NCBI GenBank assembly: GCA_013377005.1
Contig: JACABE010000008.1
Location: forward strand, 15,720-79,719
Direction: 5' to 3'
Length of the DNA stretch: 64,000 bases
DNA from: Bacteroidota bacterium
GTDB taxonomy: Bacteria > Bacteroidota > Bacteroidia > Bacteroidales > JACABE01
This document shows, one piece after another, positions 62,296 to 64,000 of this stretch; position 1 is the stretch's first letter; every line of letters begins with the position of its first letter. The notes below the pieces were generated by a model that saw only the letters and a program-made list of their open reading frames with translations, was not told where the DNA came from and ran no database searches. The translations under genes and the position numbers were made by a program.

Positions 62296-62314
62296 GTTTT
62301 ATAAGTATTAAATT

Positions 62315-62343
62315 AAAAAGGGGTTGTTTAAACTACAACCCCT
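62315..62343 (-). terminator. Terminator after the DHOD-like gene
   Basis: AGGGGTTGT...ACAACCCCT with an A-run on the left (a U-run on the minus strand). Confidence 0.7.
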
Positions 62344-62361
62344 CAAAAATACAAAGATTAT

Positions 62362-63375
62362 TTATCTTAACGGATATTTTTTAAAAATTTCGTCAGATTT
62401 CATAATAATATCTACATATTGCGCCCTGCGATAAGCATAGGGATCTTTCAAATTTTTACGCGATACTCTTCCTTTGAAATCATTGATTTCTTTATAACCC
62501 TTGGCATCCATCCAGATTTCAATTTCTTTAATCATTTCAGCAATATGTCCTATACCATTTTTGTACAACGTACTTACTACTTGTGTACAATCAGCACCGG
62601 CAAGCAACATTTTAATTACATCCTTACCTGTAAATATACCGGTATTGCTACAAATATTACCTTTGAAATTTCCATACAATAAACCTGCATATCGAAGTGG
62701 CAAACGATTGTCTTCTACATTGCTAAGGTGATACGGAAAATGCAAACTTTCTTTTTCAATATCAATATCCGGTTGGTACAAACGATTGAAAAGAACAAAA
62801 CCATCAGCACCTTCATCATACATCCTTGATACAATGTTTAATACATTTGAATAAAAAGGACTCAATTTAACACTGATAGGAATACTAATTGACTTTTTTA
62901 CATTGGTAATTATATCTAATTGCTCATTTACTATAGATTTGCAATCTTTATCGACATCTTTGGGTGTTGCATATAAGTTGAGTTCAATAGCATCCACTCC
63001 AGTTTCAGCAATTAGTTCTGCATACTGTGTCCAAGTGTCTTTTTGCAAAGCATTTAAACTGGCAATAATAGGTATATGCACTGCAGCTTTAGCTTTACGA
63101 AGCTTTTCAAGATGCTCGTCAGCTCCTGCATGTTCAATATCCGGAAATAAAGAAGTCATTTCAGCATTTCGATTTTCATACTCTCTTAAGTTTTCTTCCA
63201 GTTGGAGAGATTCAAGTTGTATTTGTTCTTCGAAAAGCGATTTGTAAACAATAGCCGATGCTCCTGCATCTTCTAATCGTTTCAGATTATCATAATCATC
63301 AACAATATTTGATGCTCCGACAATAATTGGATTTTTTAATTCCAATCCTAAATATTTAACAGATAAGTTTGCCAT
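62362..63375 (-). CDS. Dihydroorotate dehydrogenase-like protein
   Basis: YLGLELKNPIIVGAS, KSLFEEQI, IELN, VKLSPF, LFNR and KMLLAGA. Confidence 0.88.
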   Translation of the reverse strand: MANLSVKYLGLELKNPIIVGASNIVDDYDNLKRLEDAGASAIVYKSLFEEQIQLESLQLEENLREYENRNAEMTSLFPDIEHAGADEHLEKLRKAKAAVHIPIIASLNALQKDTWTQYAELIAETGVDAIELNLYATPKDVDKDCKSIVNEQLDIITNVKKSISIPISVKLSPFYSNVLNIVSRMYDEGADGFVLFNRLYQPDIDIEKESLHFPYHLSNVEDNRLPLRYAGLLYGNFKGNICSNTGIFTGKDVIKMLLAGADCTQVVSTLYKNGIGHIAEMIKEIEIWMDAKGYKEINDFKGRVSRKNLKDPYAYRRAQYVDIIMKSDEIFKKYPLR

Positions 63376-63536
63376 TTTATAAATCTCCTATAGTTTATTT
63401 TGATATTATGTTTCTTATTTAAACAATCCAGATTAAAAAAAGAATGTTAATTTTATTTAATTTTCTATTTTTTTATTTCTATTTTAAAAGGTATAATTTC
63501 ACGATTGGTAAAACTATCCCTTTAGGAAGAAATTAA

Positions 63537-64000
63537 TTAATATCTATCTATACAATTTAAATCACTAAAAGCAATTTTTAATCTTTCAACTGTTGTTTTT
63601 TCACCTTCTCTCAGCCATGCTCGTGGATCGTAGTATTTTTTGTTAGGTTTATCTTCTCCATCAGGGTTTCCTATTTGTCCCTGCAAATAGCCTTCATTTT
63701 TCTTGTAATATTCAAGTACACCTTCCCAATATGCCCATTGTGTATCGGTATCAATATTCATTTTAATAACACCATAACCGATTGCTTCACGAATTTTTTC
63801 AGGTTCAGAACCCGAGCCACCATGAAAAACAAAATTTACAGGATTGGCAACAGTATTATATTTTTGTTGAATATAAACCTGAGAATTATGCAGAATAACC
63901 GGTTCTAATTTAACATTACCCGGTTTATACACTCCATGAACATTGCCAAAAGAAGCTGCAATTGTAAAACGGTTGCTTATTTTACTCAATTCTTCATAAG
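63537..64000 (-). CDS. fbaA: Class II fructose-bisphosphate aldolase (3' part; start lies outside the window)
   Basis: AASFGNVHGVYKPGNV, FVFHGGSGS, KMNIDTDTQ and PNKKYYDPR. Confidence 0.96.
   Translation of the reverse strand, partial: YEELSKISNRFTIAASFGNVHGVYKPGNVKLEPVILHNSQVYIQQKYNTVANPVNFVFHGGSGSEPEKIREAIGYGVIKMNIDTDTQWAYWEGVLEYYKKNEGYLQGQIGNPDGEDKPNKKYYDPRAWLREGEKTTVERLKIAFSDLNCIDRY

Noticed and set aside
160-63908. Numerous 60-137 aa ORFs overlapping larger genes on the opposite strand or in other frames
   Set aside because: They lie within well-supported genes and have no recognisable motifs, so they are treated as shadow ORFs.

Overview
AT-rich chromosomal segment of a Bacteroidota bacterium. 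The assignment rests on TAnnTTTG -7 promoter motifs, Bacteroidota-type SecA, RecQ and IF2, and a BlaR1-TonB fusion. Most of the window is housekeeping: a minus-strand nuoA-L complex I operon that includes nuoEFG (short NuoG), lptB, kdsD, recQ, cutC, a GH2 beta-mannosidase, a MacA/MacB-permease/TolC exporter, pcm, xth, tpx, secA, blaI/blaR-TonB, one tRNA(CAT), rimP-nusA-infB and a partial fbaA. The interesting part is an accessory island at about 19.5-25.9 kb. It holds, in order: (1) an orphan HigA with a 6-codon higB remnant; (2) a solitary PD-(D/E)XK nuclease; (3) a DUF5684-like membrane gene whose promoter-driven leader can fold into two mutually exclusive long hairpins, one ending in a U-run; (4) a symmetric array of GTAC motifs phased every 21 bp; (5) a GC-shifted gene for a helical plus carboxypeptidase-regulatory-like protein with two 18-bp direct repeats in its leader; (6) a hipBST-type module bracketed by 17/18-identical direct repeats; (7) a REP-like nested inverted repeat. 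All protein calls come from motif recognition by eye. No database searches were run.
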